Positions 47,773 through 58,601 of a stretch of 64,000 nt of DNA are shown here, piece by piece. Origin of the DNA: Opitutaceae bacterium. Its GTDB lineage: Bacteria; Verrucomicrobiota; Verrucomicrobiia; Opitutales; Opitutaceae. Position 1 is the first letter of the stretch, and each line of letters begins with the position of its first letter. A program made the translations under genes and the position numbers. The DNA lies in the NCBI GenBank assembly GCA_002694885.1, contig NZNM01000056.1, positions 6,462 through 70,461 on the forward strand, read 5' to 3'. The notes below the pieces were generated by a model. That model ran no database searches and was not told the DNA's origin. It saw nothing but the letters and a program-made list of their open reading frames with translations.

Positions 47773-49344
47773 ATGAAAACCTCAACGTCGTCGGATACTC
47801 GATTAGCCCTAGGTGTCGTCTGCTTTACGTTTTCCATTTTGATGAGTTCTCTAGGCTTTGCCGAGAATTCGCCGAATGTAGTCATCATCTTGGCCGATGA
47901 TCTGGGGATAGGGGATGTATCTGCGTATAACGAAAACGCTGCTTGGCAGACACCGCATATCGATCGCATCGCTTCTAACGGAATGCTGTTTACCGATGCC
48001 CACACCAGTGCGGCGATCTGCACGCCGACCCGTTACGGAATAATAACTGGCCGGTACAATTGGCGTTCGACTCGAAAAAGCGGGGGAGGGGATGGCTATT
48101 CGCCACCCCTTATCGAACAGGAGCGCATGACGATAGCCGAATTGTTTAGGAATAATGGATACAAGACGGCATGGATTGGCAAATGGCATCTGGGTTGGAA
48201 CTGGAAGCTCAAAAGCGATCGTATGATAGAGTATGATGAAAAAATCCGGCCTGATATCGATTTCAGCCGGGCGGTAACGGAGGGGCCGAAATCTCAGGGG
48301 TTCGACTACACTTACGGGATAGCGGCATCGCTTTCTTCTCCTCCATTTGTATATGTCGAGAATAGCCAGCCTACGGCCATACCTGAAGAACTCTCTGTAA
48401 ACTATGACGAAAAGGCATTCTGGAGAAAGGGGTCTATAGCGGATAACTTTCGGCATGTAGAAACACTCGAACACTTCACGAATCGATCGGTTGAATACAT
48501 CAAAGAGCAAGCTGAGGGAGAGGAGCCTTTCTTCCTTTATTGCGCCCTGACGGCTCCTCATGCCCCCATCATCCCGACATCGGAGTTTATCGGGAGCAGC
48601 AATTCGACCGCCTACGGCGACTTTGTTTTGCTCGTAGACCATGTAGTGGGGCAGATAACGGAAACGATAGTGTCTGACGATCGGCTGGAAAATACTTTGG
48701 TCTTTTTTACCAGCGACAATGGTCAATCGCCTCGAGCGGACTTCGACGATGACGAGCTCCCGCTAGCAGGCCATTCAGGCAGCTACATCTACCGCGGCAA
48801 GAAGTTCGATGTCTTCGAGGGTGGGCACCGCGTTCCCTTCATCGCCAGCTGGCCGGGAAAAATCGAGGCTGGCTCCCGCAGCGAAGAGATTATTTGCACG
48901 ACCGACTTCATGGCGACGGCTGCGGATATTGTAGGTGCCGGTTTGCCAGACGACGCGGGTGAAGATAGCTACAGCATGCTTCCCGTTTTGTTAGGCGATG
49001 ATTACCCAAAGCCACTTCGTGAAGCGACCGTGCACCATTCAAGCGATGGCCGATTCGCGATTAGGCAAGGAGACTGGAAGCTGATCTTGTGGCCGGGTTC
49101 AGGTGGCTGGGCCTATCCAGCCACGGAAGAAGATATGGAGGGCTTGCCTCGGTTTCAGCTCTATAATCTAGCCAAGGACCCCGGCGAGACGACTAACCTC
49201 ATGGCCAATTTTCCCGATCGCGTGAGAGAACTTAGAACGCTCATGGAACGCTATATTCGTAATGGCCGCAGCACGCTAGGCGCCGCCCAATCGAACGATG
49301 GACCGTCCATTTGGCCAGAACTACATTGGATGGGGTCCGACTAG
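47773..49344 (+). CDS. Arylsulfatase (S1), secreted
   Basis: Signal peptide; ILADDLGIGD, AICTPTRYGIITGR, IGKWHLG, FTSDNG. Confidence 0.95.
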   Translation: MKTSTSSDTRLALGVVCFTFSILMSSLGFAENSPNVVIILADDLGIGDVSAYNENAAWQTPHIDRIASNGMLFTDAHTSAAICTPTRYGIITGRYNWRSTRKSGGGDGYSPPLIEQERMTIAELFRNNGYKTAWIGKWHLGWNWKLKSDRMIEYDEKIRPDIDFSRAVTEGPKSQGFDYTYGIAASLSSPPFVYVENSQPTAIPEELSVNYDEKAFWRKGSIADNFRHVETLEHFTNRSVEYIKEQAEGEEPFFLYCALTAPHAPIIPTSEFIGSSNSTAYGDFVLLVDHVVGQITETIVSDDRLENTLVFFTSDNGQSPRADFDDDELPLAGHSGSYIYRGKKFDVFEGGHRVPFIASWPGKIEAGSRSEEIICTTDFMATAADIVGAGLPDDAGEDSYSMLPVLLGDDYPKPLREATVHHSSDGRFAIRQGDWKLILWPGSGGWAYPATEEDMEGLPRFQLYNLAKDPGETTNLMANFPDRVRELRTLMERYIRNGRSTLGAAQSNDGPSIWPELHWMGSD

Positions 49345-49515
49345 TGTATTTCAAAACTCTATTCTTCTCTGAATAGTAAGGTCTTGGTAGGTAGACGCCG
49401 CCAATTGGCGCCATTCATCGGAGTTACTCCACACTGTTCGGAAATAGTTACGCTAATCTACACAGGGCTGTCAAAAAGGACCGTCTGGAAAAGGCTGCTG
49501 TGCATTGTCTCGGCT

Positions 49516-50838
49516 TTACTGGGCCGCTTCGAGCTCCTTGAGCAGTCTGCTGACAACTTCGGGATGCCCTCCAGCAATGTTGTCAAGTTCTCTGATATCC
49601 TCGTCCAAATTGTAAAGCAACGGTGGATCGTGACGCGCTATCGGTGTCCTCTCCCGAGTATGAGGATTGGTTGGCTGCCTGGTTGTACGGTGGATTTTAA
49701 ACTTACCCGAGCGATAGACATCAGGACTGTAAAACCAGGTAGTTCTTGGGCTGGGTTCTCCCTCTAATAACGTAGGTGTCAGGTCAGTCGACATCCAGCC
49801 TGGTTTATTCCTGGGAAGTTCACGCTCCCCGGTTAGGGTTGCGAATGTGGCGTAGAAATCGATATTCACGCCGATGCCGTCAATAGTAGCCGGTTCGATC
49901 GTCCCGGGCCACCGGAAGATTCCAGGTACGCGGAATCCGCCTTCCCAAGTCGTTCCTTTCTGGCCACGCAGAGGCTTGGCGGTTCCGGCATGTCGGGGGC
50001 CAAAGACGGTCCATGGCCCATTGTCGCTGGTGAAAATGATGAGAGTGTCCTCTTCGACACCAGCGGATTTGACCGCTTTCATCACTTCGCCGACGGACCA
50101 GTCGATTTCTTCGACCACGTCACCATAAACGCCGGCGTCGCTCTTAGCCTGGAAGTCATGGGAGGCAAAGATCGGAACGTGCGGCATGTTGTGGGCGAGG
50201 TAGAGAAAAAAGGTATCCTCCTTGTGGTCTTCGATCCACTGGATGGCTTCCTTGGTGTAGCGCTGCGTAAACAGGGATTGGTCAGCCGGATTTTCCACGA
50301 CATCGCGGCCGCGAATCAGTGGGATCTTCCAGGTGTCGCTGGTGGCTGTATTGAAGGCGTCTAGAGTTTGCTTGGGTGGTCCTGGAGCGTCGTTGGAACC
50401 TGGCGTTCCAAAGTGGTAGTCGAATCCGCACTCCAGAGGATGCATGGGGGCTTTAGTGAAGTCTTTCGGATAGCCAGCTAGGTGCCACTTCCCCAGTATG
50501 GCGGTTGCGTAGCCTTGGCGTTTCAACATAGCTGGTAGAAGGGCGGACCTGTCATTTCTGAGTGGCTGACTGCCAAGTTGGGTCGAATGGCGCCCACTCA
50601 TCATTCCCGTACGGCTGGCAACGCACGCAGGCCCGGAAGCGTAAAAGCTAGTCCATCGCTGTCCCTCGGAAGCAAGCTGATCGATATTCGGGGTTTTGAT
50701 CTTTTCGTTGCCGTAACAAGCGAGATCACCGTAGCCGAGATCGTCGACGAAGATTAGGATGATGTTGGGCTTTTTTGCTGCTGCTTCCAGGTAGGGGCTA
50801 AGCAGATAAAGGAAAATGGGGAGTATTCGGAGCAGCAT
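49516..50838 (-). CDS. Arylsulfatase (S1), secreted, CxAxR variant
   Basis: KKPNIILIFVDDLGYGD, ACVASRTGMMSGR, GKWHL, TSDNGP. Confidence 0.93.
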   Translation of the reverse strand: MLLRILPIFLYLLSPYLEAAAKKPNIILIFVDDLGYGDLACYGNEKIKTPNIDQLASEGQRWTSFYASGPACVASRTGMMSGRHSTQLGSQPLRNDRSALLPAMLKRQGYATAILGKWHLAGYPKDFTKAPMHPLECGFDYHFGTPGSNDAPGPPKQTLDAFNTATSDTWKIPLIRGRDVVENPADQSLFTQRYTKEAIQWIEDHKEDTFFLYLAHNMPHVPIFASHDFQAKSDAGVYGDVVEEIDWSVGEVMKAVKSAGVEEDTLIIFTSDNGPWTVFGPRHAGTAKPLRGQKGTTWEGGFRVPGIFRWPGTIEPATIDGIGVNIDFYATFATLTGERELPRNKPGWMSTDLTPTLLEGEPSPRTTWFYSPDVYRSGKFKIHRTTRQPTNPHTRERTPIARHDPPLLYNLDEDIRELDNIAGGHPEVVSRLLKELEAAQ

Positions 50839-51163
50839 TATATGAGCGGAAATAACCTATCCGACAGCAGTTGGCAAGAATCGGTTGCGTGGTTGCCGCT
50901 CAGCGCTCTTCCTTTTCCGGAGAGTTATACCATCTGCCATTTGATCATTCTTTTTGGCGGATGGTATTTGTAGCGAAAAAGCAGTTGCTGCCTTCAGGCT
51001 GCGACCAAGGTGCAGCACAGGTTTCCAGGCGTATCGGGTATAGCTCGGATAGCGACGACTGATCTGTGTCATTAAACAGGCAAGATGCTTGTTCGACATC
51101 GCAACCTGTCGGCAGCGACTACTTTTATGTGGCGAATTGGGCAATGTTAGCTACGCCTATTCT

Positions 51164-52615
51164 ATGGTGAGTTCTAGGAAGCCAAATGTTATCCTGATCG
51201 TGGCTGATGATATGGGCTATGGCGACTTTGGCGCTTTCAATCCGGGAGTTGTGGATACGCCCAATTTGGATGCCTTGATCGACCAAGGCGTTTGCTTTCG
51301 TCAGCATTACTCCGCATCGCCCATTTGCTCACCGGCTCGAGCCTCCCTGATGACGGGCAGAGTGCCTCAGAGGACCGGGGCGATTACCCAGCACGAATTG
51401 CATGGTTTGGATCGTATTGCCCTGCGGGAAGTGACCATTGCCGATATGTTTCAAAACACCGGATACAAAACCGGTTTAGTGGGCAAGTGGCACAATGGAG
51501 CGCTCGATAGACGCTTCGAGCCTAATGCCCGAGGCTTTGGGGAGTTTGTCGGGTTTTGCGGCGGATGGGCCGACTATTACGACTACACCTTGCAGCGCGA
51601 TGGAGTATTCGAAAAATCCGACGGTTCCTATCTGACGGATCGCCTGACGGATGAAGCAATTAGTTTTGTGGAGAGGCATCAACGGGAATCTTTTTTTCTG
51701 CAGCTTGCTTACAACGCTCCGCATGCTCCGCTACAGGCTCCGGATAAGCTAGTAGCGAAGTACAAAGCCAAAGGATTCGACCGGATCACGGCGACGACTT
51801 ACGCCATGATCGAAGTTATGGATACGGGTGTGGGCCGCATTTTACAACACTTGCAGGATCTCAGTTTGGAAGAAGACACCATCGTCATGTTCACGAGTGA
51901 CAATGGTCCGGCATTTTTCAATCCATCGCGCCAGCTTCTGCCAGGAGAGCCCAATTTCACTGAGCGTTTCAACTGCGGTATGAGGGGCAGCAAAGGCTGG
52001 GTTTACGAGGGCGGTATCCGCGTGCCCATGATCGTTCGCTTCCCAGCGAGCGTTCCAGCAGACCAGTTTAATGATGAACTTACGCATTTCACCGACTGGC
52101 TACCCACCTTGATTGGCCTGTGCGGACTTGAACGCGTTGAGGGCCCAGCTTTTGATGGTCATGACCTATCGCTATTGCTCCTGAGTGATGACTTGCAGAT
52201 CGAACCGAGGCGGTTTTGGCAATGGAATTTCTACGTTCCTGATATCGGGACGAATGCAGCCATGCGGGATGGCGATTGGAAACTAGTGCGTCCTATGATT
52301 TCCGGTACGCGCTATTTCAGCAAGGAACTCTATGTCTCTGAAGAAGACGAACTGCGAACCAAAGCGTTTACCGACGCGGATACGCAGCACAAAAGGGATC
52401 CGCGATCGGTTACGGAATTATTGCCAATCCCTCGTGTTAAGCTGCCAGTGCCGGAACCGCCCGAGCTCTACAATCTGGCCGAAGATCCGGGAGAGCAACG
52501 CGACTTAGCTAGCGAACATCCGGATCGAGTGAGCAGAATGCTAGGGGAGTTGGAAACCTGGTTCGAGGACGTGGAAGCGGAGCGCCGGACCATACCAGGA
52601 GCGTATCTAGGTTAA
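51164..52615 (+). CDS. Arylsulfatase (S1), no signal peptide
   Basis: PNVILIVADDMGYGD, PICSPARASLMTGR, VGKWH, TSDNGP. Confidence 0.95.
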   Translation: MVSSRKPNVILIVADDMGYGDFGAFNPGVVDTPNLDALIDQGVCFRQHYSASPICSPARASLMTGRVPQRTGAITQHELHGLDRIALREVTIADMFQNTGYKTGLVGKWHNGALDRRFEPNARGFGEFVGFCGGWADYYDYTLQRDGVFEKSDGSYLTDRLTDEAISFVERHQRESFFLQLAYNAPHAPLQAPDKLVAKYKAKGFDRITATTYAMIEVMDTGVGRILQHLQDLSLEEDTIVMFTSDNGPAFFNPSRQLLPGEPNFTERFNCGMRGSKGWVYEGGIRVPMIVRFPASVPADQFNDELTHFTDWLPTLIGLCGLERVEGPAFDGHDLSLLLLSDDLQIEPRRFWQWNFYVPDIGTNAAMRDGDWKLVRPMISGTRYFSKELYVSEEDELRTKAFTDADTQHKRDPRSVTELLPIPRVKLPVPEPPELYNLAEDPGEQRDLASEHPDRVSRMLGELETWFEDVEAERRTIPGAYLG

Positions 52616-53023
52616 GGATGAAGGCGTAAGGCTGAAGGATGAGGATGGAATGGAGAAATGTAGGAACCTGCTCCGAAGGTCATTGTTGGGCATCGCTTCG
52701 CTGGATCCCTGTCTGCGTCAGGGCCAGGATGGATTCGCTAGCGAATCGGCAGGACGCATTTTTACAGATTGCAGAGCGATTTATCAGATTAGCACGGGCT
52801 TCCTGCCTGTGTTTCGACGGTGAGACGAAATAGCCGAGGATCCAAAAGTAATTGGGCCAAGTCTTTTTGATGAACGGACACAGGTAGGAAGCGTAATTCG
52901 CTCTTCTCTTCTCGAATTCCTTTCTCCTGCTGGCCCGCCAGTATAGAATAGAGGCAGGGCTGTTTGTGTGCGGGGCTCAACTGTAAGCGCAGATCTATTA
53001 AAGAGTCGATTGACTGGAGAACG

Positions 53024-53051
53024 CGGCCGATTAGGGATAATCGGCCCTACC
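53024..53051 (-). repeat. GTAG REP hairpin, family GTAGGGC...TCCC
   Basis: Minus strand GGTAG GGCCGATTA TCCC TAATCGGCC G. Confidence 0.8.
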
Positions 53052-53160
53052 AGTTGTGTTCGAACCTATTGTCTCGAAGAGACACCTATTTGCGACGAAG
53101 GAACAACTAGCGAACCCGCGACTGCGGGATAGCGATGTTCCTTAAAGAATACTTCCTCTG

Positions 53161-55743
53161 CTACTTCGACTGGAAGATGTCGCTTTGAGTGACTTCGTGG
53201 ATGAGAGATCGGAATCCGTAGTCATCCTCCGAAAGGCTAGCGATGATCTCCTCGATTTCCCGCCTATCAGCGAATTGCACTATCGCTCCGGTAGCGAACG
53301 TGATCACTTGCTTAACCAGGTTGCGAGCGATCTTGTCCGGATTCTCCAACGCGAGTTTCTTGAATCCTTTGACGTCATGAAATGAACGTCCATCGGGCAT
53401 GTGGTAACTCGCGTCAACATGGGGTCCTTCTGACCATTTCTTGTCATCTTTGACAGCACGATAGCGTTCTCGCCAGCCACCGATAACGTCATAGCTCTCC
53501 AATGCGAAGCCTGGAGGATCGATCTTTTGATGGCAGGCCATGCAGGATTCGATATTACGGTGCTTATCAAGCTGATCTCGAATGGATATGGCTCCTCGAA
53601 TATCTGGCTCGACAGCTGGGACCTGATCAGGCGGAGGAGCGACGTGCTCACCTAGGATACGCTCCAGCAGCCAGACGCCTCGAAGAATGGGCGAAGTGGT
53701 CGTTCCGTTGGCGGTGACTTTGAGCACGCTGGCGTGGGTGAGAATGCCCCCGCGATTGTCTTCCTCGCTCAATGCGACTTTCCGCAGCCCAGTTTCCGTT
53801 CCGAATTCGAGGCCGTAGTGCTTGGCGATGCGCTCGTTGACGATCGTGAAGTCGGAATCGATGACATTGGTGGCGCTTAAATTCTCGTCTACCATGTGTT
53901 TCAAGAACGCCCGGGTCTCATCGAGCATGGAATCGAGCAAGATGTTGTCGAACTCCGGATACAAGGTGGCATCGGGAGAGGTGAAATTGATATCCTTCAG
54001 CTCGAGCCAACTGTCCGTGAAGTTCTTCACGAATGCCTTCGCTTTAGGATCGTTGAGCATGCGCTCGACTTGGGCCCTCAGATATTTGGGCTGGGAAAGA
54101 CGCTGGCTCTTCGCTTCCTGGTACAGAATTTCATCGGGCGGAGCGCTCCAGAGGAAGTAGCTTAGGCGAGAGGCGAGGGCGTAGTCATCCAGCTTTCCCC
54201 TTTCCTCTTCGAAAAAGATGAATCGGTGGGAAGAGAGAATAGCTCGATAGCCAGCCCTGACGGCATTCAGCAAGGACCCGCTTCTATTTAGCTCTCCCAT
54301 GGCGAACTCGTAATAAGGCTCGATATCGTAATCGGTAACCGGACGCCTGAATGCTTGTTCGGCGAATCGGCTTAGCAGCCCCTGCAAATCGCGTTCGGGC
54401 CGTTTACTGACGAGCTCGGCTCCCCTGATTTTAAGTTTTCCAAAAAGCTGTTCTCGCAGTTCGGGCGTTTCTAAGCCCGGATGGATCCGCTCGATTTCCA
54501 AGCCCTTCACGGCGATACCGGTAGCGCCGTCCTCAAAGATAGCCATATCGACGAAGCGACGGGACGATACCCAGGGAATCGTTTTGTCGATGGGAGCGAT
54601 GCCGATTATGTGCTCCTTGCGAATCCAAGCATCGAATACGAATTCCTGAAGCTCCTCGGTCGCTTCGAATTTGCCAACCCAGTAGGTGGCGGGGGCCTTG
54701 GCGCGAAGGATGCCCGTGTAGATGCGTGCCCAGACATTGCGTCCTTCGGGCGGGTTGTAAGCCTTGGCCTGTACTTTTATGCGGTACCATCCAGTCGAGG
54801 GCACTTCGGTGCCTGCCATCCGACCATGAAATCCATGGGTAGTGGGAAAACTGTAGACGTAGCCATCGTGATAGATTCCCTGGCGCTCGTTGTGTATCCG
54901 CTCTTTCCCGGCTCCAAGTTCTCTAGGACCATAAACGCGTTTGAACGGACCGTTGGTTAGGCGGTCCATGATTTCGGCGTTTTTCGCCTTGGTCGCCTCC
55001 AGGTCCAATGGTGAGTTCATGTCCACCCATTCGCCATTGGTGTGGCGGTAGGTTTTGTTTTCTACCGTGTGGTAGAGCTTCTTGCCTTCCCAATGGAAAA
55101 TGGTTCCAAATCCATTTTCGATCACGGTGGGCTGCATCTCCATTGGTAGCGGTTCTTTGGCCACAGGGGGCGGACTGACTGCTCTGCCGAAAGCCTCGTC
55201 CAGCATGATGTCGACTACCTCGAGATACTTCTGAAGAACATGGTAGGAAAGTTGTTGGCTTTCAGCTATGTTGATAAATCCGTGAGCGGCTTGGTCTTCT
55301 GGCAGCAGTTCGATCAAGGGGATTTTGACGCCGAGCAATTCGTGAAGCGTATTTTCATATTCGATACGATTCAATCGGCGTGAGCGCACGCGTCCTTCGG
55401 TGGCGATGTATTCGCGAGAGACCTCATGGAGAATGTTCTCGAATTCCTCAACGAAGGCTTCCCGATCATCCACTTCTACGAGTGAATCTTCCGGTGGCGG
55501 CATTTCATGATCTCTTACGCGATCATGAAGGTAGGCCCACAGGTCCATGTTGGCGTGATTTCCTGGATCGAATGCGAGGGATTCCAGGTCAAGCTCTCCC
55601 TTGGTATCTACGTCGTTGTGACACTCGTAGCAATTGAGATCCAGAAACTCGTTGATAGACTCCGGTAGCTCGTACGCTGTCTCGGCTACCGCAAGGTGGG
55701 AGAATGTGGATACGACTAGAAGAAATGAGAATTTTCGAAGCAT
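53161..55743 (-). CDS. DUF1592/DUF1588/DUF1587/DUF1595/DUF1585 (PSD) protein with a cytochrome c-like N-terminus
   Basis: CYECH, RRLNRIEYENTL, LASRLSYFLWSAPPD, TSPILRGVWLLE, CMACHQKIDPPGFALE. Confidence 0.93.
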   Translation of the reverse strand: MLRKFSFLLVVSTFSHLAVAETAYELPESINEFLDLNCYECHNDVDTKGELDLESLAFDPGNHANMDLWAYLHDRVRDHEMPPPEDSLVEVDDREAFVEEFENILHEVSREYIATEGRVRSRRLNRIEYENTLHELLGVKIPLIELLPEDQAAHGFINIAESQQLSYHVLQKYLEVVDIMLDEAFGRAVSPPPVAKEPLPMEMQPTVIENGFGTIFHWEGKKLYHTVENKTYRHTNGEWVDMNSPLDLEATKAKNAEIMDRLTNGPFKRVYGPRELGAGKERIHNERQGIYHDGYVYSFPTTHGFHGRMAGTEVPSTGWYRIKVQAKAYNPPEGRNVWARIYTGILRAKAPATYWVGKFEATEELQEFVFDAWIRKEHIIGIAPIDKTIPWVSSRRFVDMAIFEDGATGIAVKGLEIERIHPGLETPELREQLFGKLKIRGAELVSKRPERDLQGLLSRFAEQAFRRPVTDYDIEPYYEFAMGELNRSGSLLNAVRAGYRAILSSHRFIFFEEERGKLDDYALASRLSYFLWSAPPDEILYQEAKSQRLSQPKYLRAQVERMLNDPKAKAFVKNFTDSWLELKDINFTSPDATLYPEFDNILLDSMLDETRAFLKHMVDENLSATNVIDSDFTIVNERIAKHYGLEFGTETGLRKVALSEEDNRGGILTHASVLKVTANGTTTSPILRGVWLLERILGEHVAPPPDQVPAVEPDIRGAISIRDQLDKHRNIESCMACHQKIDPPGFALESYDVIGGWRERYRAVKDDKKWSEGPHVDASYHMPDGRSFHDVKGFKKLALENPDKIARNLVKQVITFATGAIVQFADRREIEEIIASLSEDDYGFRSLIHEVTQSDIFQSK

Positions 55744-55819
55744 GCTAATATATAAGGCGGCCCACGAATGTATACCAGTCGCTCAAAATTGTTTGGGCAG
55801 AACGAAGGGAGTTTTTTCT

Positions 55820-55903
55820 AACCACGGATGAACACTGATATACACTGATGATTTGGAAATTCTGAAGTGACATATCAGTGTTCATCGGGGTGCATCAGTG
55901 GTT
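55820..55903. repeat. Inverted repeat of internally repeated CACGGAT/CACTGAT units
   Basis: AACCACGGATGAACACTGATATACACTGAT ... ATCAGTGTTCATCGGGGTGCATCAGTGGTT. Confidence 0.75.
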
Positions 55904-55983
55904 CAAAGATTGTAGAACCTATTAGCTTTGGTTGCGGTTTCGCTGCTCTAGGCAATTAGTGGGCGTAACGATGATCCGAGACG

Positions 55984-57279
55984 CTACACCATTTCCAAGC
56001 CGGTCATGGTACCAGTGCTGGTAGCGAACTGATCCGCTTCGATACCGTGACGATGAAGAACGCTCAAGAATAAGTTCGGCAATGGATAGTTGTTTTCCTT
56101 GTCGAAAGCCAAATGCTGGCCGTGCTTGAATCCGCCACCGGCCAAAAGAACCGGCATGTTCCGGTTATCGTGGGAACTGCCGTTGCCGAGGTTGGATGTC
56201 ATGAGCACGCTTGTGGTATCGAGCATGGTGCCATTCGCCTCTTCGGCTCCCTTCAAGTTGCGTAGGAAATCTCCCCAGCGGCGAACGAGACCGGATTCTA
56301 CGAGAGTGAGTTGCTTCAACTTCTCTTCGTCGAGTCCATGGTGACTGAGCGTATGGTAGCCTTCATCCACGCCATCGATGGGTACGGCTCCGCCTTCTCC
56401 AACTAGGTGCAAGGTGATGAATCGAGTAGAGTCGGTCTGCAGGGCCAAGAACATGACATCGAGCATCAGCTTCTTGCGGTCGATGATAGCGTCGCTGTTC
56501 TCGATGTCCACGGGTGGCTCGGCATTGACTTTTGGCTTGGGTCGAGTGGCCCAATTCTGGGCGGCTCCCAAGCGCTTTTCGAAATTGCGAACGGAAGTGA
56601 AATACTGGTCCATCTTCTCGCGGTCCCCTTTGCCGAGCTTGCGTTCGACGCGTTTGGCATCGGAGGCCACGACGTCCATGATGCTGCGGCCCTGTTTCAG
56701 TCGCTCCACTTGCCGGGCTTGCTCCTCGGGCGTATCCGGAATGAATAGCTGATTGAAAACGCGTGAGGGAGAAATCTCTGCTGGGATCATGCTTCCCGAA
56801 TCCGTGTAGGACGAGCTGGTCGTTCCGTTGACGTCCAGTACGAGTGAGGGAAAGCGCGTGTGGTGGCCTTGATGCTTGGCCAAATACTGGTCCAATGAAA
56901 TGGAGTTCTTGAAGGCCGCGCTTCGGGAGTATGGGGCCGCTGTCAGAATGCTGCCTTCAGCCTGGTGGCCACCGCTGACTCCTGGGTGAGAAGAACCCGT
57001 GACCACTGTCATATCGCCGAGCAGATCTTTGACTTCAGAGAGATACAGCGACGGCGTGTAGTTGCGACCTGTCTCAGTAGGGTTCAGATTGGGTCCATGG
57101 AGCCCAAGCGCTAGGGTCACGGCGACGAAGCGCCGCGGGGGTTGCTGGGCAACTGACGAGGCGAATGCCGGGGTCATGGCTTCCAGCCAAGGCAAGGCCA
57201 TTGCGGCTCCTGCTCCCTTTAGAAATGTGCGTCGCGATAGCGACTTCGAGAAATTGAAATTAACTTCCTTCTTCATCAC
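55984..57279 (-). CDS. DUF1552 (HXXSHH) domain protein with a Tat signal
   Basis: [50 protein letters not shown]. Confidence 0.93.
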   Translation of the reverse strand: MMKKEVNFNFSKSLSRRTFLKGAGAAMALPWLEAMTPAFASSVAQQPPRRFVAVTLALGLHGPNLNPTETGRNYTPSLYLSEVKDLLGDMTVVTGSSHPGVSGGHQAEGSILTAAPYSRSAAFKNSISLDQYLAKHQGHHTRFPSLVLDVNGTTSSSYTDSGSMIPAEISPSRVFNQLFIPDTPEEQARQVERLKQGRSIMDVVASDAKRVERKLGKGDREKMDQYFTSVRNFEKRLGAAQNWATRPKPKVNAEPPVDIENSDAIIDRKKLMLDVMFLALQTDSTRFITLHLVGEGGAVPIDGVDEGYHTLSHHGLDEEKLKQLTLVESGLVRRWGDFLRNLKGAEEANGTMLDTTSVLMTSNLGNGSSHDNRNMPVLLAGGGFKHGQHLAFDKENNYPLPNLFLSVLHRHGIEADQFATSTGTMTGLEMV

Positions 57280-57410
57280 CTGTTTTTGGTTTCCAAAGGA
57301 CTATCAAATATGGACATTAGCCATTCAAGGAAAACCCGGGTCAACGGTTGATCATTTTGCTAGGTGGATAATCCGAGCATTGGCCCGCCATTGAGAGAGC
57401 TTCCGGGTTG

Positions 57411-58601
57411 CTAGCGCCGCGGCTTCGCCACGTATTTCGTAATTCCCCCTTTGACAACTTTGCGAGAGACCGGGCCTTCTGCGGCATAGACATTGCCATC
57501 GGCGTCGACAGCTACGCCTTCGCCAGCGACGCCTTCGAACCAGCGCGTCTGGCTGGGATGGGGTGGAATATAGGCGGTCACCCGATCCTCCGCGGCGTTT
57601 CCGATCCGAATGCCTGTTTTCCAACCTGGCCGAGTTTTGGACTTAGATTCCGAATCGATTGCGTAAAGGGTGTCGTCGGTAGTGATAAAAAGTCCGCTAA
57701 CTCGGCTAAACTGGAGGTAAGTATCGAGGAGCTTCCCGTCTTGATTAAAAATCTGGATACGATTATTGCCGCGATCGGCGACGAACAAGCGTCCTTTCGT
57801 GTCGAAAGCGAGAGCGTGTGGCGTGCGAAACTGGCCGGGCCGGAATCCGATTTTCCCCCATTCCTTGATGAAGTTTCCCTTGCGGTCGAATTTGAGTGTG
57901 CGCCCGGTCGCTCCTGCCGGTGGATTGGCGCTCTGCCCGCTGTGGCCATCGGCGACAAAGATATCGCCATTAGGGGCCGTGATGACATCGCAGGGCTCGT
58001 TGAGCTGTCCGGGGGCATTACCTGGTTTGCCGGCCGTGCCGAGACGGAGGAGTATTTCCCCATCCGGACTGAATTTGATAACTTGATGGCCCTTGTTGCC
58101 CGCTTCGTTACCTTTGGAGTCGGCGACCCATACATTTCCATCCCGATCGACGTGAAGGCCATGCGGAAGCACGAAGATGCCGGCCCCAAAGCTCGTGATC
58201 ATTTTGCCTGTATGGCGATCGAATTTGTAGATAGAATCGCGTTCTGGGTTGTCGTCGCGTCCGCCAGCGAGGGCGATTCTGCCACATCGGTCGTAGGCCC
58301 AGATGTGTCCATCGGGACCAATGTCGATTCCAGCCGTCGATCCCCATCCCAGGCCATCGGGAAGTTTGGCCTAGTTCTGGATGACCTCTCCCGTTGGATT
58401 AGGTAGGGGGCGGTCGATGAAATCGCTCGTGAGCTCCGTTTTCGCTTCGCTATCAGGAGCTGACTTGGCGTCGTCTGAGCCTAGGAATGATAGGAATGCA
58501 AAACCAAAACAGGCAAAACGGATGGCTGATAAGACTGAGAGTGTCGTCTTTGGCGATGCGACAGGTTGGCTACCAGAGTGGAAATTCGGTACTGAGTTCA
58601 T
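57411..58601 (-). pseudogene. NHL-repeat peptidyl-alpha-hydroxyglycine alpha-amidating lyase (PAL)-like gene interrupted by an in-frame TAG
   Basis: ORFs 58371..58601 and 57411..58202 are in one frame: ...LPNPTGEVIQN*AKLPDGLGWGSTAGIDIGPDGHIWAYDRCG...MITSFGAG..PHGLHVD..PHALAF..VADRGNNRIQ. Confidence 0.8.

Noticed and set aside
47851-48726. 291-aa minus-strand ORF
   Set aside because: Antisense shadow of a clear arylsulfatase.
58371-58373. Pyrrolysine or genetic-code reassignment of TAG
   Set aside because: Many genes here end in TAG (for example 10698, 12045, 26850) and no pyl genes are present.
57408-58406. 332-aa plus-strand ORF
   Set aside because: Antisense to the NHL/PAL-like gene; its apparent repeats mirror the NHL blades.
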